The position numbers and the translations under genes were made by a program. A stretch of DNA of 64,000 bases from a virus: the IMG/VR virus record IMGVR_UViG_3300048599_000097, positions 1 through 64,000 of that record. The stretch is one strand, 5' to 3'. Position 1 is the stretch's first letter. Every line of letters starts with the position of its first letter. Under the pieces are notes generated by a model. That model made no database searches. It was not told where the DNA came from and saw only the letters and a program-made list of their open reading frames with translations. Of this stretch, positions 1-8,629 are shown in pieces.

Positions 1-2
1 GC

Positions 3-119
3 GCTATGAAAGCTAAAGAAGCGGAATATATTGACCCTATCCTTGAACATAAGGGAAAAACCCTTTACCATGTAAATCGTGAAAAGCAGAACACGGTGAA
101 AATGACAGTAAACTACTAA
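3..119 (+). CDS. hypothetical small protein, possibly truncated by the window edge
   Basis: Frame 3 is open from the window start to TAA 117-119, with an internal ATG at 6. Too short for the ORF track. Confidence 0.2.
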   Translation, partial: AMKAKEAEYIDPILEHKGKTLYHVNREKQNTVKMTVNY

Positions 120-160
120 CCTTTTTTGGTTAGCATAGATATTTTGCAGAGGAGGATTTT

Positions 161-373
161 ATGGGTAAGTTTAATATTGGTCAGTTTGAAAACGCATTTT
201 ATGGTATGTTATACAAAGATTTTAGCCTTGACGTAACTAGCTTCAATCGGAAAATTTGCTATCATGGCCGAATTTTACGGGTACGCATGGAAAATGCGCG
301 GATTGTGTCTATTGTGGACTTGTCGGGCTTGCACCCCGTTCTTTTGTACAGTCAAGAGGCTGTTTCCGCTTGA
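161..373 (+). CDS. hypothetical protein
   Basis: ATG preceded by a GAGGAGG SD. 70 aa with no recognisable motif. Confidence 0.4.
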   Translation: MGKFNIGQFENAFYGMLYKDFSLDVTSFNRKICYHGRILRVRMENARIVSIVDLSGLHPVLLYSQEAVSA

Positions 374-422
374 CACTATAGCGGATATAATGCTAATGTA
401 TTTACAAGAGGAGAATTTGAAG

Positions 423-680
423 ATGAAATACACTTTTTCGCAATTAATTAAGGAACATTCATACCATAATTATCGCGCTATGGAAGTGATACGCGACGAC
501 GGCAAAAAATGCCATGGATTTCTGTACACTCTTTTCAATGAAATTACACTGGAAGAAAGAAAGAGATTGGCAGAATTTAATAATGTAAAAATGTTTGTTT
601 CTGCTTGTCAATATGCGCCGGAAATTAAAAAATCGGCCATTTTTATTGGGAACTCTTTTATAAGGAAGGGAGTAAAATGA
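423..680 (+). CDS. hypothetical protein
   Basis: ATG 423 has a GAGGAG SD 7 nt upstream. The longer 264 start of the track ORF has no SD and overlaps the previous gene. Confidence 0.55.
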   Translation: MKYTFSQLIKEHSYHNYRAMEVIRDDGKKCHGFLYTLFNEITLEERKRLAEFNNVKMFVSACQYAPEIKKSAIFIGNSFIRKGVK

Positions 681-979
681 CAGTATTTGACAGTAGATTT
701 TCTGGCGCGGTAACTGTAAAGATTGTAGGGAAAATCGATGAAAATTTTGATTTTTTTAGTAGGAAAGATACTTTTCGGTGTATATCGACAAGTCGGACAA
801 ATAGGACGTATCCAAAGGGAACTATCATCGATGCTATGGGTTATGACTTGTTTGATACCTATTCTATCAATAGAACCGGTTTTTTTACCTATAAGGGTAA
901 AGACTGGAAAAGTAAAGAATATCCCATAATCGACGGAATCAGTCTGGCCACTAAAATTCAGGAACGGGGAAGATACTAG
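677..979 (+). CDS. hypothetical protein
   Basis: ATGA overlap with the upstream gene and an AAGGAAGGGAG SD. 100 aa. Confidence 0.55.
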   Translation: MTVFDSRFSGAVTVKIVGKIDENFDFFSRKDTFRCISTSRTNRTYPKGTIIDAMGYDLFDTYSINRTGFFTYKGKDWKSKEYPIIDGISLATKIQERGRY

Positions 980-1090
980 AATGAAGAGAGAAAGGGGCCT
1001 TTTTTACGTCAAGTATCTTGGTGTTTGGTTCATAGCAGGAAAAGACATTCACTCAGCTATAGAATATTTCAAGAGAATAAGGGGTATAAG

Positions 1091-1384
1091 ATGAATTTTA
1101 ATGTACTGAATGACGGGACTATTTTGACGGCTCAGGGTATTAAAGTAGGAACTATCATCATTGACAGTAATAAGTATAAAGAGACTCTAATTAATGCTAT
1201 CTATAAGGCGCAAAACGTAGATATACTTGTCGATATACTTGACGATATATCTGCTATTCTTCCTTCAGTAGAAAATGATAGCGCTGATTATGCAATCATA
1301 GACGGGCTACTGGAGAAGCTCAAACCCGCACAAAAACAAGATATGTTATGTGATATCATATCTTTGATAAACTACTATAAGTAA
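1091..1384 (+). CDS. hypothetical protein
   Basis: ATG 1091 follows AAGGGG. The upstream part of track ORF 1025..1384 lacks an SD. Confidence 0.5.
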   Translation: MNFNVLNDGTILTAQGIKVGTIIIDSNKYKETLINAIYKAQNVDILVDILDDISAILPSVENDSADYAIIDGLLEKLKPAQKQDMLCDIISLINYYK

Positions 1385-1399
1385 AGGAGCGCAATGTAA

Positions 1400-1431
1400 A
1401 CCCTAGGACTAATCATCCTAGGGTATTTTTA
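1400..1431 (+). terminator. rho-independent terminator
   Basis: Stem CCCTAGGA (1401-1408) / TCCTAGGG (1416-1423) followed by TATTTTTA. Confidence 0.75.
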
Positions 1432-2051
1432 TACCATATAGCTTATATAATGAGCATTGGAATATAACAGATAACTAATAGTAGGATATGTACAGTATTA
1501 ATATAAGTACAGACAATATATACTGTAGTTTTGTAGGGCCGGATTTTATAGGGTCAAAAGTATACTGGTGGTATACCTAAACTGAATATGAATACATGTT
1601 TATGTTTTAACATAGTGTTAAATAGTATAGTAATTACTAAAGTAAATGGATATAATAAAATAACAGTGTTAAGTTATAGTGTTCTACCCATGCTACTAAA
1701 ATGATAGCGTTCTTATTACACTGCAAGCCCATATCTAGTACCCTCTCATAATCCTGTCCATGGTGTAGCTTACTGCGTATAATGGTACTTCTGTCTACCT
1801 ACCTTAAATACCACTGTATATAATGCTATACAATCTGTAATACCACTATATATGACAGCCGTTTTTATGCATAAATTGAACTATGATGCATATATAGCGT
1901 GCGTGCTAGACTTATGCACATATTAACAGGCGCTATATGTGGAGTCCCATGAGCGCGGAGACGCTAGGGGGGGTGTATGGGGGTCAGTCTACTTATAGTA
2001 CAGGCTACCTTTTGAGATAAAAATTTGTCTCTTATAGGGGGATGACCCCTC

Positions 2052-2079
2052 TTGACATTTGTGATGGATTGTGTATTAT
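2052..2079 (+). promoter_or_regulatory. sigma70-type promoter
   Basis: TTGACA 2052-2057, 16-nt spacer ending in TG, TATTAT 2074-2079. Lies upstream of the HNH gene. Confidence 0.6.
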
Positions 2080-2098
2080 ATCTTTATAAGGAGCATAT

Positions 2099-2878
2099 AT
2101 GTTAGATATACAAGAAATGCGTGAAAGATTTGAATACAGACCAGAAACAGGAACAATACATCATAAAAAGGATTGGCTACCTTCTACTCATATAGGGGAT
2201 GAGGTTGGAAAGCAAAAAAAGAATAATAGATATTTCATAAAGGTAAAAGATAAGAAGTATTCAAGAGCTAGATTTGGGTGGTTTCTCTATTATGGTGAAT
2301 GGCCTAAAAATGCTTTATCTCATGCAAATGGCGATTGTTTCGATGACAGGTTATGTAATTTAGCTGATGTTGAAGATGTATACGCTTTCAGGAAATCTCA
2401 AGGATTAATACAAGATCCAGAGGTATTTGAGTGGTCTATATATAATTTTAGAAATAAGTTTTTCTATAAAGAGGGATTTTTATATAGAACCAAGGATAAT
2501 TCTATGGTTAAACCCGGAATAGCTGCTGGAGGATATTTGTATGCTAGTATTGGCGGTTTGGTAAAACCCTATACTCATATGATTTGGTACTACTTCAATG
2601 GGGAGTTTCCGCCAAAAGATTTAGAAGTGGATCATATTAACCATGTTAGAGATGATAATAGAATAGAGAACCTAAGACTTCTTACTAGACGGCAAAATTG
2701 TGCTTCTAAAGCCAATAAAACCCATCTCACTGGAGCATTTAAAACGGGGAAAGATCGCTGGACTGCCCGGATATCTGTAAATAAGAAGCATATTAAAATA
2801 GGTTCTGGATATACTTCTGAATTAGAGGCTCATCAAGCCTACCTGAAATACATAGAGGATCATCCAGAATTAAAATAA
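2099..2878 (+). CDS. free-standing HNH homing endonuclease with a C-terminal AP2-like DNA-binding domain
   Basis: Motif EVDHINHVRDDNRIENLRLLTRRQN (HNH). C-terminal RWTARISVNKKHIKIGSGYTSELEAHQAY is AP2-like. Has its own promoter and an AAGGAG SD. Confidence 0.85.
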   Translation: MLDIQEMRERFEYRPETGTIHHKKDWLPSTHIGDEVGKQKKNNRYFIKVKDKKYSRARFGWFLYYGEWPKNALSHANGDCFDDRLCNLADVEDVYAFRKSQGLIQDPEVFEWSIYNFRNKFFYKEGFLYRTKDNSMVKPGIAAGGYLYASIGGLVKPYTHMIWYYFNGEFPPKDLEVDHINHVRDDNRIENLRLLTRRQNCASKANKTHLTGAFKTGKDRWTARISVNKKHIKIGSGYTSELEAHQAYLKYIEDHPELK

Positions 2879-2914
2879 AATTTCTAAAAACACACTCTTA
2901 TAGGCGAAAAGCCC

Positions 2915-2943
2915 TTGACACCACATCTTCTATCTACTATACT
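2915..2943 (+). promoter_or_regulatory. sigma70-type promoter
   Basis: TTGACA 2915-2920, 17-nt spacer, TATACT 2938-2943. Confidence 0.6.
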
Positions 2944-2968
2944 CCCAATATCCTATAGGAGGTATGTT

Positions 2969-3046
2969 ATGCCAACAACTATAGTTACAGAAGGCTATGT
3001 AGAGAAATCAGAGAAGGGTTATCTTGTAGAAGGGGATGTGCTATAA
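2969..3046 (+). CDS. hypothetical 25-aa peptide
   Basis: TAGGAGG SD 6 nt before the ATG. Very short, so weak. Confidence 0.25.
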   Translation: MPTTIVTEGYVEKSEKGYLVEGDVL

Positions 3047-3073
3047 TGCGGTTATATTACAGGAGGTAAGTAA

Positions 3074-3220
3074 GTGATTTTACTGTCAATATGGCTTGCA
3101 ATTGCCTCTTGTATCCCTGCTAAATCTCAGGATATGGTGTTTACGGAGTCTATAGTGAGCTTGTATTGTCGAAAAGATGACAAGAAGAGAAATGCGTTTT
3201 CTGCTGCTAGAGACTGTTAA
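3074..3220 (+). CDS. small putative lipoprotein (48 aa)
   Basis: AGGAGG SD, GTG start. The N-terminus VILLSIWLAIASC looks like a signal peptide with a lipobox-like IASC. Confidence 0.4.
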   Translation: MILLSIWLAIASCIPAKSQDMVFTESIVSLYCRKDDKKRNAFSAARDC

Positions 3221-3233
3221 AAGGAGCGTAATT

Positions 3234-3419
3234 ATGAATCTTATTTCTGGAATTTCTGTGTCTCTGGAGTATTCCCCGTTTAGTGTGGTAGCATCAGTGT
3301 ATCTTGATAATGGGGACACAGTAATCAAAATTGAACAAGCTGAGGCAGATACCGCTGCAAATGCTATTTCTGCTGTTATGAGTAAGCTTACCAACCGTAT
3401 TCTGGAGGTAGTTAAGTAA
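3234..3419 (+). CDS. hypothetical protein
   Basis: ATG 3234 with an AAGGAG SD. The upstream part of track ORF 3177..3419 overlaps the previous small gene. Confidence 0.5.
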   Translation: MNLISGISVSLEYSPFSVVASVYLDNGDTVIKIEQAEADTAANAISAVMSKLTNRILEVVK

Positions 3420-3425
3420 TACCTA

Positions 3426-3455
3426 TTGACACAAAGCAGTATTCCATGCTATAAT
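3426..3455 (+). promoter_or_regulatory. sigma70-type promoter
   Basis: TTGACA 3426-3431, 18-nt spacer, TATAAT 3450-3455. Confidence 0.6.
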
Positions 3456-3480
3456 GCATTCAATGGTTAGGAGGTTGATT

Positions 3481-3948
3481 ATGAAGAAACTTCTTGGGAT
3501 CCTTTTTGTGGTATTGGCTCTTACAGGTTGTCAACAAGTGCTGGATGAGGTAACTGATGATGAATATGGGGATAGGTACAGTAATATGGGCCTCTATTAT
3601 GGTGATTTTTCAGGAATACATTACGAAAATGATGTAGCAGGTTGGATTAACACCCATATTAGGTATCAGGCATCATCTCATTTACAAACACTTGCGGAAT
3701 GTATGGAGTCAGGCCACGGAGACTGTGAAGAAAAAGCTCTAATGTATCTAAACATTATGTACCTTGTCTTTCATAAAAAAGGTGAACTGTGTGTAGTCAG
3801 TACTTCAGACAGAACAATAGAGGCGGGTGGGCAGGATAGCAATCATGCAGTTGTCCGGTATGGGGGTGTTATCATAGAACCAGCTACAGGAAGACCCACT
3901 AACTACAACGTTCATTATAGCTATTCTTTCGATCATATATTTAAGTAA
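3481..3948 (+). CDS. lipoprotein with a possible transglutaminase-like Cys/His motif
   Basis: TAGGAGG SD. MKKLLGILFVVLALTGCQQ is a signal peptide with the lipobox LTGC. Internal GHGDCEEKA...SNHAVV resembles a Cys-His peptidase core (weak). Confidence 0.6.
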   Translation: MKKLLGILFVVLALTGCQQVLDEVTDDEYGDRYSNMGLYYGDFSGIHYENDVAGWINTHIRYQASSHLQTLAECMESGHGDCEEKALMYLNIMYLVFHKKGELCVVSTSDRTIEAGGQDSNHAVVRYGGVIIEPATGRPTNYNVHYSYSFDHIFK

Positions 3949-3958
3949 GGAGACACCA

Positions 3959-4135
3959 ATGACTTCCTCTGAGTATGATGAGTACCGTTCTTATGTAAAA
4001 AGCAGCAGTGACGAAGAGCTTTACTATGAGTCTGAGGATACCTTTTCCCAGATTAGCGACGAGGATGAGGGTATTAAGTATGCCCTTTGTGTGGAAGAAC
4101 AGAATAGGAGGAGTCGTGGGAGAAAGTTGGCTTGA
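3959..4135 (+). CDS. hypothetical acidic protein (58 aa)
   Basis: AAGGAGA SD, ATG 3959. Rich in D/E/S. Confidence 0.4.
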   Translation: MTSSEYDEYRSYVKSSSDEELYYESEDTFSQISDEDEGIKYALCVEEQNRRSRGRKLA

Positions 4136-4325
4136 CGATGCTGTGAAAAGTGCCACAGGTAATATTTTACAATATGATGAATTCGAGGCAGAGGTATTTG
4201 GAGTATTCAAGAAATACAGGGAAAATGGGTATCCAGACGGTATTATAGTGTCTCTGGTATGTGATGGGACTAAAATGCCCATGACTATTCCCGCTATGTT
4301 CGATAAGTGGAGGAGTCAGCAATGA
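4116..4325 (+). CDS. hypothetical protein
   Basis: GTG 4116 after an AGGAGGAG SD. The rest of track ORF 4008..4325 upstream overlaps the previous gene in another frame. Confidence 0.45.
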   Translation: MGESWLDDAVKSATGNILQYDEFEAEVFGVFKKYRENGYPDGIIVSLVCDGTKMPMTIPAMFDKWRSQQ

Positions 4326-4435
4326 ACTATGTAGAGCCTCCGCTTCCTGTAGGTGATATAGTTATTTGTTCTTTGATTGCAGTGGTTTGTGTTTATTATC
4401 TTTTAACCCATTGGAATGATGTATTCCCTAAATAG
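4322..4435 (+). CDS. small membrane protein (37 aa)
   Basis: ATGA overlap with the upstream gene. One hydrophobic helix, IVICSLIAVVCVYYLL. Confidence 0.4.
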   Translation: MNYVEPPLPVGDIVICSLIAVVCVYYLLTHWNDVFPK

Positions 4436-4443
4436 GAGATAAA

Positions 4444-4914
4444 GTGAAAAAAGTATTATGTATAGGAATATTGACTATTATGGTCAGCTTGTCTGTATTC
4501 TCAGACATACCGAAGGAATTTTACGCAACTTTTGTGGAAACTTGCATTGCATATAATGTTCCTATTGAATATGCTTCTCGCCTAATTGCATATGAGTCGG
4601 GGTGGAACCCTAAGTTTATTAATAAAAACACGAACGGATCTAAGGACTATAGTTTGTGTCAACTTAATTCTGATTGCCTTTACGACTTGCGTAGATGGCA
4701 TAATCATGGAGAACCATTTGACCCAATGAACTGGAAAGACAATCTTCGTATAGGAATAGCCCACATGAGGTTTTTATATGATAGAAACGGGCAGTCTTGG
4801 TGGGCAGCAGTGGCTTGTTACAATATGGGAGAGCGAGGATTCAGTGATTGGTGCGCAGGAAAGAGAAAATTACCTGATGGGACGCAACAAGAATTGAATT
4901 TTGTATTTCAGTAG
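4444..4914 (+). CDS. secreted lytic transglycosylase (SLT domain)
   Basis: GTG start after AGGAGA and an N-terminal signal peptide. SLT motifs YESGWNP, DYSLCQLNS and CYNMGERG. Confidence 0.75.
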   Translation: MKKVLCIGILTIMVSLSVFSDIPKEFYATFVETCIAYNVPIEYASRLIAYESGWNPKFINKNTNGSKDYSLCQLNSDCLYDLRRWHNHGEPFDPMNWKDNLRIGIAHMRFLYDRNGQSWWAAVACYNMGERGFSDWCAGKRKLPDGTQQELNFVFQ

Positions 4915-4916
4915 TA

Positions 4917-4945
4917 TTGACAAAGACACGTAAATAGGTTATAAT
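4917..4945 (+). promoter_or_regulatory. sigma70-type promoter
   Basis: TTGACA 4917-4922, 17-nt spacer, TATAAT 4940-4945. Confidence 0.65.
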
Positions 4946-4974
4946 ACTAAGTATGGATGTACAGGAGGTAAGGC

Positions 4975-5175
4975 ATGAAACAGGTGATGAGTAAGTTTGA
5001 GATTTGGAAGGAATCTGTGTTGATCTTCTTTGACAATGCATACGCTTTTGGCAAGTCACCAGAGGAAATCTTGGCAGAAGTCAAAGATATTGTCACAGAG
5101 ACTGAACTGGGTGATATGGGATACACATTGGAACAGCTCATGACGGAGTGGAAGGCTGATAGGGGGATTGTATGA
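4975..5175 (+). CDS. hypothetical protein
   Basis: AGGAGG SD. 66 aa. Confidence 0.5.
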   Translation: MKQVMSKFEIWKESVLIFFDNAYAFGKSPEEILAEVKDIVTETELGDMGYTLEQLMTEWKADRGIV

Positions 5176-5363
5176 AAGTACTCATTACTAATGAGGCCCT
5201 TAATATTGGGAATGGTGTTATTTTGTATAATGCTTCAGTATATTCGGAGGAATTCGGTGGCTATGTAGGATATCTTGAGAATGGAGTGAAGATGGTTATA
5301 GCAACTGAGGATGGGGCTATTATTGTGGAGGATGGTGATGAAGATATTGAGCATCTTCTGTGA
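5172..5363 (+). CDS. hypothetical protein
   Basis: ATGA overlap with the upstream gene. 63 aa. Confidence 0.5.
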   Translation: MKVLITNEALNIGNGVILYNASVYSEEFGGYVGYLENGVKMVIATEDGAIIVEDGDEDIEHLL

Positions 5364-5381
5364 GTTCTTTAAGGCAGTAGG

Positions 5382-5816
5382 TTGGGTGTTTTACCGCAGC
5401 AAGGACAAGCGTTGAACAGGATGTTCTTTAAGCTCAGGGACTACTTGCTCCAGAATATGCACGATGGGTATAATCTCGGAGCAGTAGTTCTTGATAAAGG
5501 TGGTGGGATTCTAGGATGGGGGTTTAATTCCTATGTTAAAACTCATCCTAAGATGTGCCTCAATAAGCATTACAGAGTGGAGCAGATATTCATTCATGCT
5601 GAGGCCGATGCTTTATACTCTCTGAGTGATAAATTGACGCCCCACACCATGCTTATTGCCCGGATTAACAGAAACGGAGATTTCCTTAATGCTCGGCCTT
5701 GCGTCGGGTGTTATGCAGAGATTCAGAAAAGAGGACTCAAGAAGGTTTCGTATACGGTCGGGGCTGACGAAGTAGCAGAGCTGGACATGGGTGTGGATGT
5801 AGATAGTTATTATTAA
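5382..5816 (+). CDS. dCMP / cytidine deaminase family protein
   Basis: Zinc motifs HAEADAL and PCVGCYAEI (HAE...PCxxC). The start is uncertain (TTG 5382 or ATG 5421). Confidence 0.8.
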   Translation: MGVLPQQGQALNRMFFKLRDYLLQNMHDGYNLGAVVLDKGGGILGWGFNSYVKTHPKMCLNKHYRVEQIFIHAEADALYSLSDKLTPHTMLIARINRNGDFLNARPCVGCYAEIQKRGLKKVSYTVGADEVAELDMGVDVDSYY

Positions 5817-5846
5817 CCCTCCTTAACCGGGAGGGCTTTTGTTTTT
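5817..5846 (+). terminator. rho-independent terminator
   Basis: CCCTCC (5817-5822) / GGAGGG (5830-5835) followed by CTTTTGTTTTT. Confidence 0.75.
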
Positions 5847-5856
5847 ATGCGGTAGT

Positions 5857-5895
5857 TATGAGGGGTGTTGACTTTCCGGTACGAAAATGTAAAAT
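5857..5895 (+). promoter_or_regulatory. phage promoter family member (TATGAGGGGTG-TTGACT)
   Basis: TATGAGGGGTG directly 5' of TTGACT 5868-5873, 16-nt spacer ending in TG, TAAAAT 5890-5895. Confidence 0.6.
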
Positions 5896-5916
5896 ATAGA
5901 CACAATAGGAGATGAC

Positions 5917-6642
5917 ATGGAAATAGAGATTAGTGGTTTTAAGGTTTTGATTGATGAAGATGACTATGAGAGGGTTACTGCCCATAAATGGCGTGTAATG
6001 TGGGGGAAGGCAAAGAAAGAGCAGCTGTACTATTTCAGATCTGCCTTCTGGTTGAAAGACAAGAAAGAATATAAGGACACCTTTCTGCATAGATTTATTA
6101 TGGGGTGTACTCATGGGGACGGTAATGTAGTAGACCATAAAAATCACAATACTTTAGATTGCAGGAAAGAGAATCTAAGGATATGTACTCCGACCCAGAA
6201 TACTCAAAATTCTAGGATGTATAGGACAAATAAAATAGGATACAAGGGGATCAAGCAAGATCCCTCCACGGGTCATTGGAGTGCAAGAATACAGACACCA
6301 GACGGGGTTAGATTGTCATTAGGTACTTATAGTTCAGCAGAAGACGCTGCTAAAGCCTATGATAGAGCTTCCTTGGCTTATTTTGGTGAGTATGCAGTTA
6401 CTAATTTCTCTAAAGAGAACTATACAGAATATGACCTGACTCATTTGGATCAGTCAACAGAAATGCCCTCTAAAAGCAACTCCTCTGGATATGTTGGAGT
6501 GACTTGGAGTTCTGTGGGTAAGAATTGGAAAGCGCGTTACATAGATAATGGTAAAACTAAATGGCTTGGTACGTATAAGGATCCATATGATGCCTATCTA
6601 GCTAGAGAGAAATATATAGCAGAACTAAAGGAAGGTAAATAA
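5917..6642 (+). CDS. HNH endonuclease with two AP2-like domains, abutting terL
   Basis: VVDHKNHNTLDCRKENLRICTPTQN (HNH). HWSARIQTPDGVRLSLGTYSSAEDAAKAYD and NWKARYIDNGKTKWLGTYKD are AP2-like. The stop overlaps the terL ATG (TAATG). Confidence 0.85.
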   Translation: MEIEISGFKVLIDEDDYERVTAHKWRVMWGKAKKEQLYYFRSAFWLKDKKEYKDTFLHRFIMGCTHGDGNVVDHKNHNTLDCRKENLRICTPTQNTQNSRMYRTNKIGYKGIKQDPSTGHWSARIQTPDGVRLSLGTYSSAEDAAKAYDRASLAYFGEYAVTNFSKENYTEYDLTHLDQSTEMPSKSNSSGYVGVTWSSVGKNWKARYIDNGKTKWLGTYKDPYDAYLAREKYIAELKEGK

Positions 6643-8054
6643 TGTCACGCAGCTCTCCTTACAACTGGCAGATGGTTCAGAATCTTATAGAGCATCCTCA
6701 CTTAATTGGTTTACTCGCTAACAAAAAACTTTTGACAGAGGAGCATAGTCGTTGGATCATCTGGATGCACAACACGAAAGAAGATTCCCTGCTACAAGCT
6801 AGTCGTGGCTCTTACAAAACAACCGCGGTTATAGAAATTGGAATTATCTATAGACTTATAAGGAATCCCAATGCTACTATGGCAGTATTTCGTAAGAGTT
6901 ATACAGCAGCATCAGAAGTAGTTAAAGCCGTGTGTGAGATCATGGAAACTCCTGCGATAAAGGAACTCCTCACTTTTGTGTGGTTTGCTGATAGGAACGG
7001 GAGAATCCCTGATAAAGCGGAATGGCATTTCACAACCAGAAAAGAGGGGAAGATAAACTTGTCTGTACGAACAGACCATACCCCTGAGTGCACACTAGAG
7101 GCTCTTGGACTAGATTCTCGCGTAATTGGAAGGCACTACAGTGATTGTATTATGTTGGATGATATAACAGACATAAATGATCGCATCTATAAATCTGAAC
7201 GTGAATACACAAAACTCATAGTCTCCGAAGTTAGGGCTAATATTGCCTCTCCCGGATGTGTCTGCCTCTTCACTTCGACTTGCTGGCATGTCTCCGACGC
7301 CCTCGAAGAACTCAAAGCCAACGGCATTCGCCAGAAAGTTCTCCCCTACCAAGTCCTACCATTTATGTCTCCTGAGAAGATTGAGTTAGCTCGTCGTGCA
7401 CAAGGCCCTCTCCTTTTTGCTTGTAACTATGAACTCCGCTTCGACTCTGATGCTGACCGTATCTTTACAGATCCTGTTACAGGCAAATGGGACTTCGCTC
7501 ACGCGAAGAACATTAAAGCACACATAGACGCTGCTTATTCTTCTCCCGGTGACAAAGACAGAGATTATTGCGCTCTTACTATTATGTGTGAGTTACCTAA
7601 CAATAAGATAGGTTGTATAGGATGGATAGAGCAAATTCACGCAAAGGACTGGATCCCGTTTATATTTGAACAGATGGGCAAGTACAAGGCTAAGATACTC
7701 TATGCTGAGGAAAACGGAGATAAGGGCTTCCTGCTGGATCTGATTGCGGGGGATCCTAGGGCAAGGTCTTTGGGTATTTTTACAGAGTCCTATGTGGAGA
7801 AGCAGAATAAGCAAACCAAGATCGCTACTATAGGATATGAGGGATTTAAGAATACAGTGTTTGCTGAAGAGGGTGATCCTATGTATTTGGAGCAGATATT
7901 GTCGTGGAATGAGAAGGATAAGACTATACACGAAGACGCAGTTGATTCCCTTAGTAGCCTTTATCGAGAAGGTGGGTATGTCTCCCTTACTAACTCCATG
8001 AATCTATATAATAGTGATATGTGGAATCAGCAATATGCTGGATTTAGGTTTTAG
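6642..8054 (+). CDS. terL: terminase large subunit
   Basis: 470 aa. Walker A-like ASRGSYKTT, a Walker B region, and C-terminal RNase H-like acidic residues (HIDAAYS, HEDAVDS). Positioned before portal. Confidence 0.9.
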   Translation: MSRSSPYNWQMVQNLIEHPHLIGLLANKKLLTEEHSRWIIWMHNTKEDSLLQASRGSYKTTAVIEIGIIYRLIRNPNATMAVFRKSYTAASEVVKAVCEIMETPAIKELLTFVWFADRNGRIPDKAEWHFTTRKEGKINLSVRTDHTPECTLEALGLDSRVIGRHYSDCIMLDDITDINDRIYKSEREYTKLIVSEVRANIASPGCVCLFTSTCWHVSDALEELKANGIRQKVLPYQVLPFMSPEKIELARRAQGPLLFACNYELRFDSDADRIFTDPVTGKWDFAHAKNIKAHIDAAYSSPGDKDRDYCALTIMCELPNNKIGCIGWIEQIHAKDWIPFIFEQMGKYKAKILYAEENGDKGFLLDLIAGDPRARSLGIFTESYVEKQNKQTKIATIGYEGFKNTVFAEEGDPMYLEQILSWNEKDKTIHEDAVDSLSSLYREGGYVSLTNSMNLYNSDMWNQQYAGFRF

Positions 8055-8093
8055 TGGGTTGGCAGAGAATAAATTCTTTGCATTTTTACCAGT

Positions 8094-8124
8094 GCTCTCC
8101 TTTGCAGGAGGGCTTTTTTGTTTT
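8094..8124 (+). terminator. rho-independent terminator after terL
   Basis: 7-bp stem 8094-8100 / 8107-8113 followed by TTTTTTGTTTT. Confidence 0.7.
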
Positions 8125-8586
8125 ACTTCTATCCTTTGCCTTATCCTAGGTAAGTTACTTATGTACTATAGTTCTGAGGAACCCTGTCTCTGAACACACT
8201 CGTCCCATTCCTAGGAGGTATAGTCCTAAGAGTGGGAGCGTTGGTGTGAAGGTAAGCGTCCTGAGTCGCCCAGCCCTTCCTAGTTAGACAGCACAAGCTA
8301 ACTAATGTCGATTTATCGGGGTTTTCGTGCTCCCCGCAGACTACTATGGCTCGACTATCTACGCTCGTCACCACTTGGTATTTCGTCTGTATTCCATGTC
8401 TGCCACGACATTACACGATATGACACGTTAAGGTTAGCAAAGTTCTCGTGTAAAGATACAAAACCCTTGAAGGGATACTCTGGTGGTTAATCCAGAAATA
8501 CGGCTAACACAACGTATTATAAGTATCCCTTTAAGGGTTTATACACTATGTTAGCTCTGTTACATCTGGGAACCACCCAAATATAG
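8125..8586 (-). ncRNA. candidate large structured ncRNA (unclassified); strand tentative
   Basis: ORF-free and GC-elevated, with many perfect helices: 8411-8418/8446-8453; 8461-8478/8523-8540 closing a three-way junction; 8255-8259/8361-8365 plus 8264-8268/8352-8356 enclosing two hairpins. A promoter (8592-8629) on the - strand points into it. One G-T position in the 18-bp helix would favour the + strand, so orientation is uncertain. Confidence 0.45.
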
Positions 8587-8591
8587 GCAAC

Positions 8592-8629
8592 ATACTAATA
8601 TACTCTACAGAAATGTCAAGTACCCTCAT
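8592..8629 (-). promoter_or_regulatory. promoter family member reading leftward into the ORF-free region
   Basis: The minus strand reads ATGAGGGTAC-TTGACA (8619..8614), 16-nt spacer, TAGTAT (8597..8592). Confidence 0.55.

Noticed and set aside
8159-8490. Short ORFs 8159..8374 (-) and 8305..8490 (+) in the terL-portal gap as protein genes
   Set aside because: They have no SD, and one has only a GTG start. The sequences look random and overlap strong RNA helices. A non-coding interpretation is preferred.
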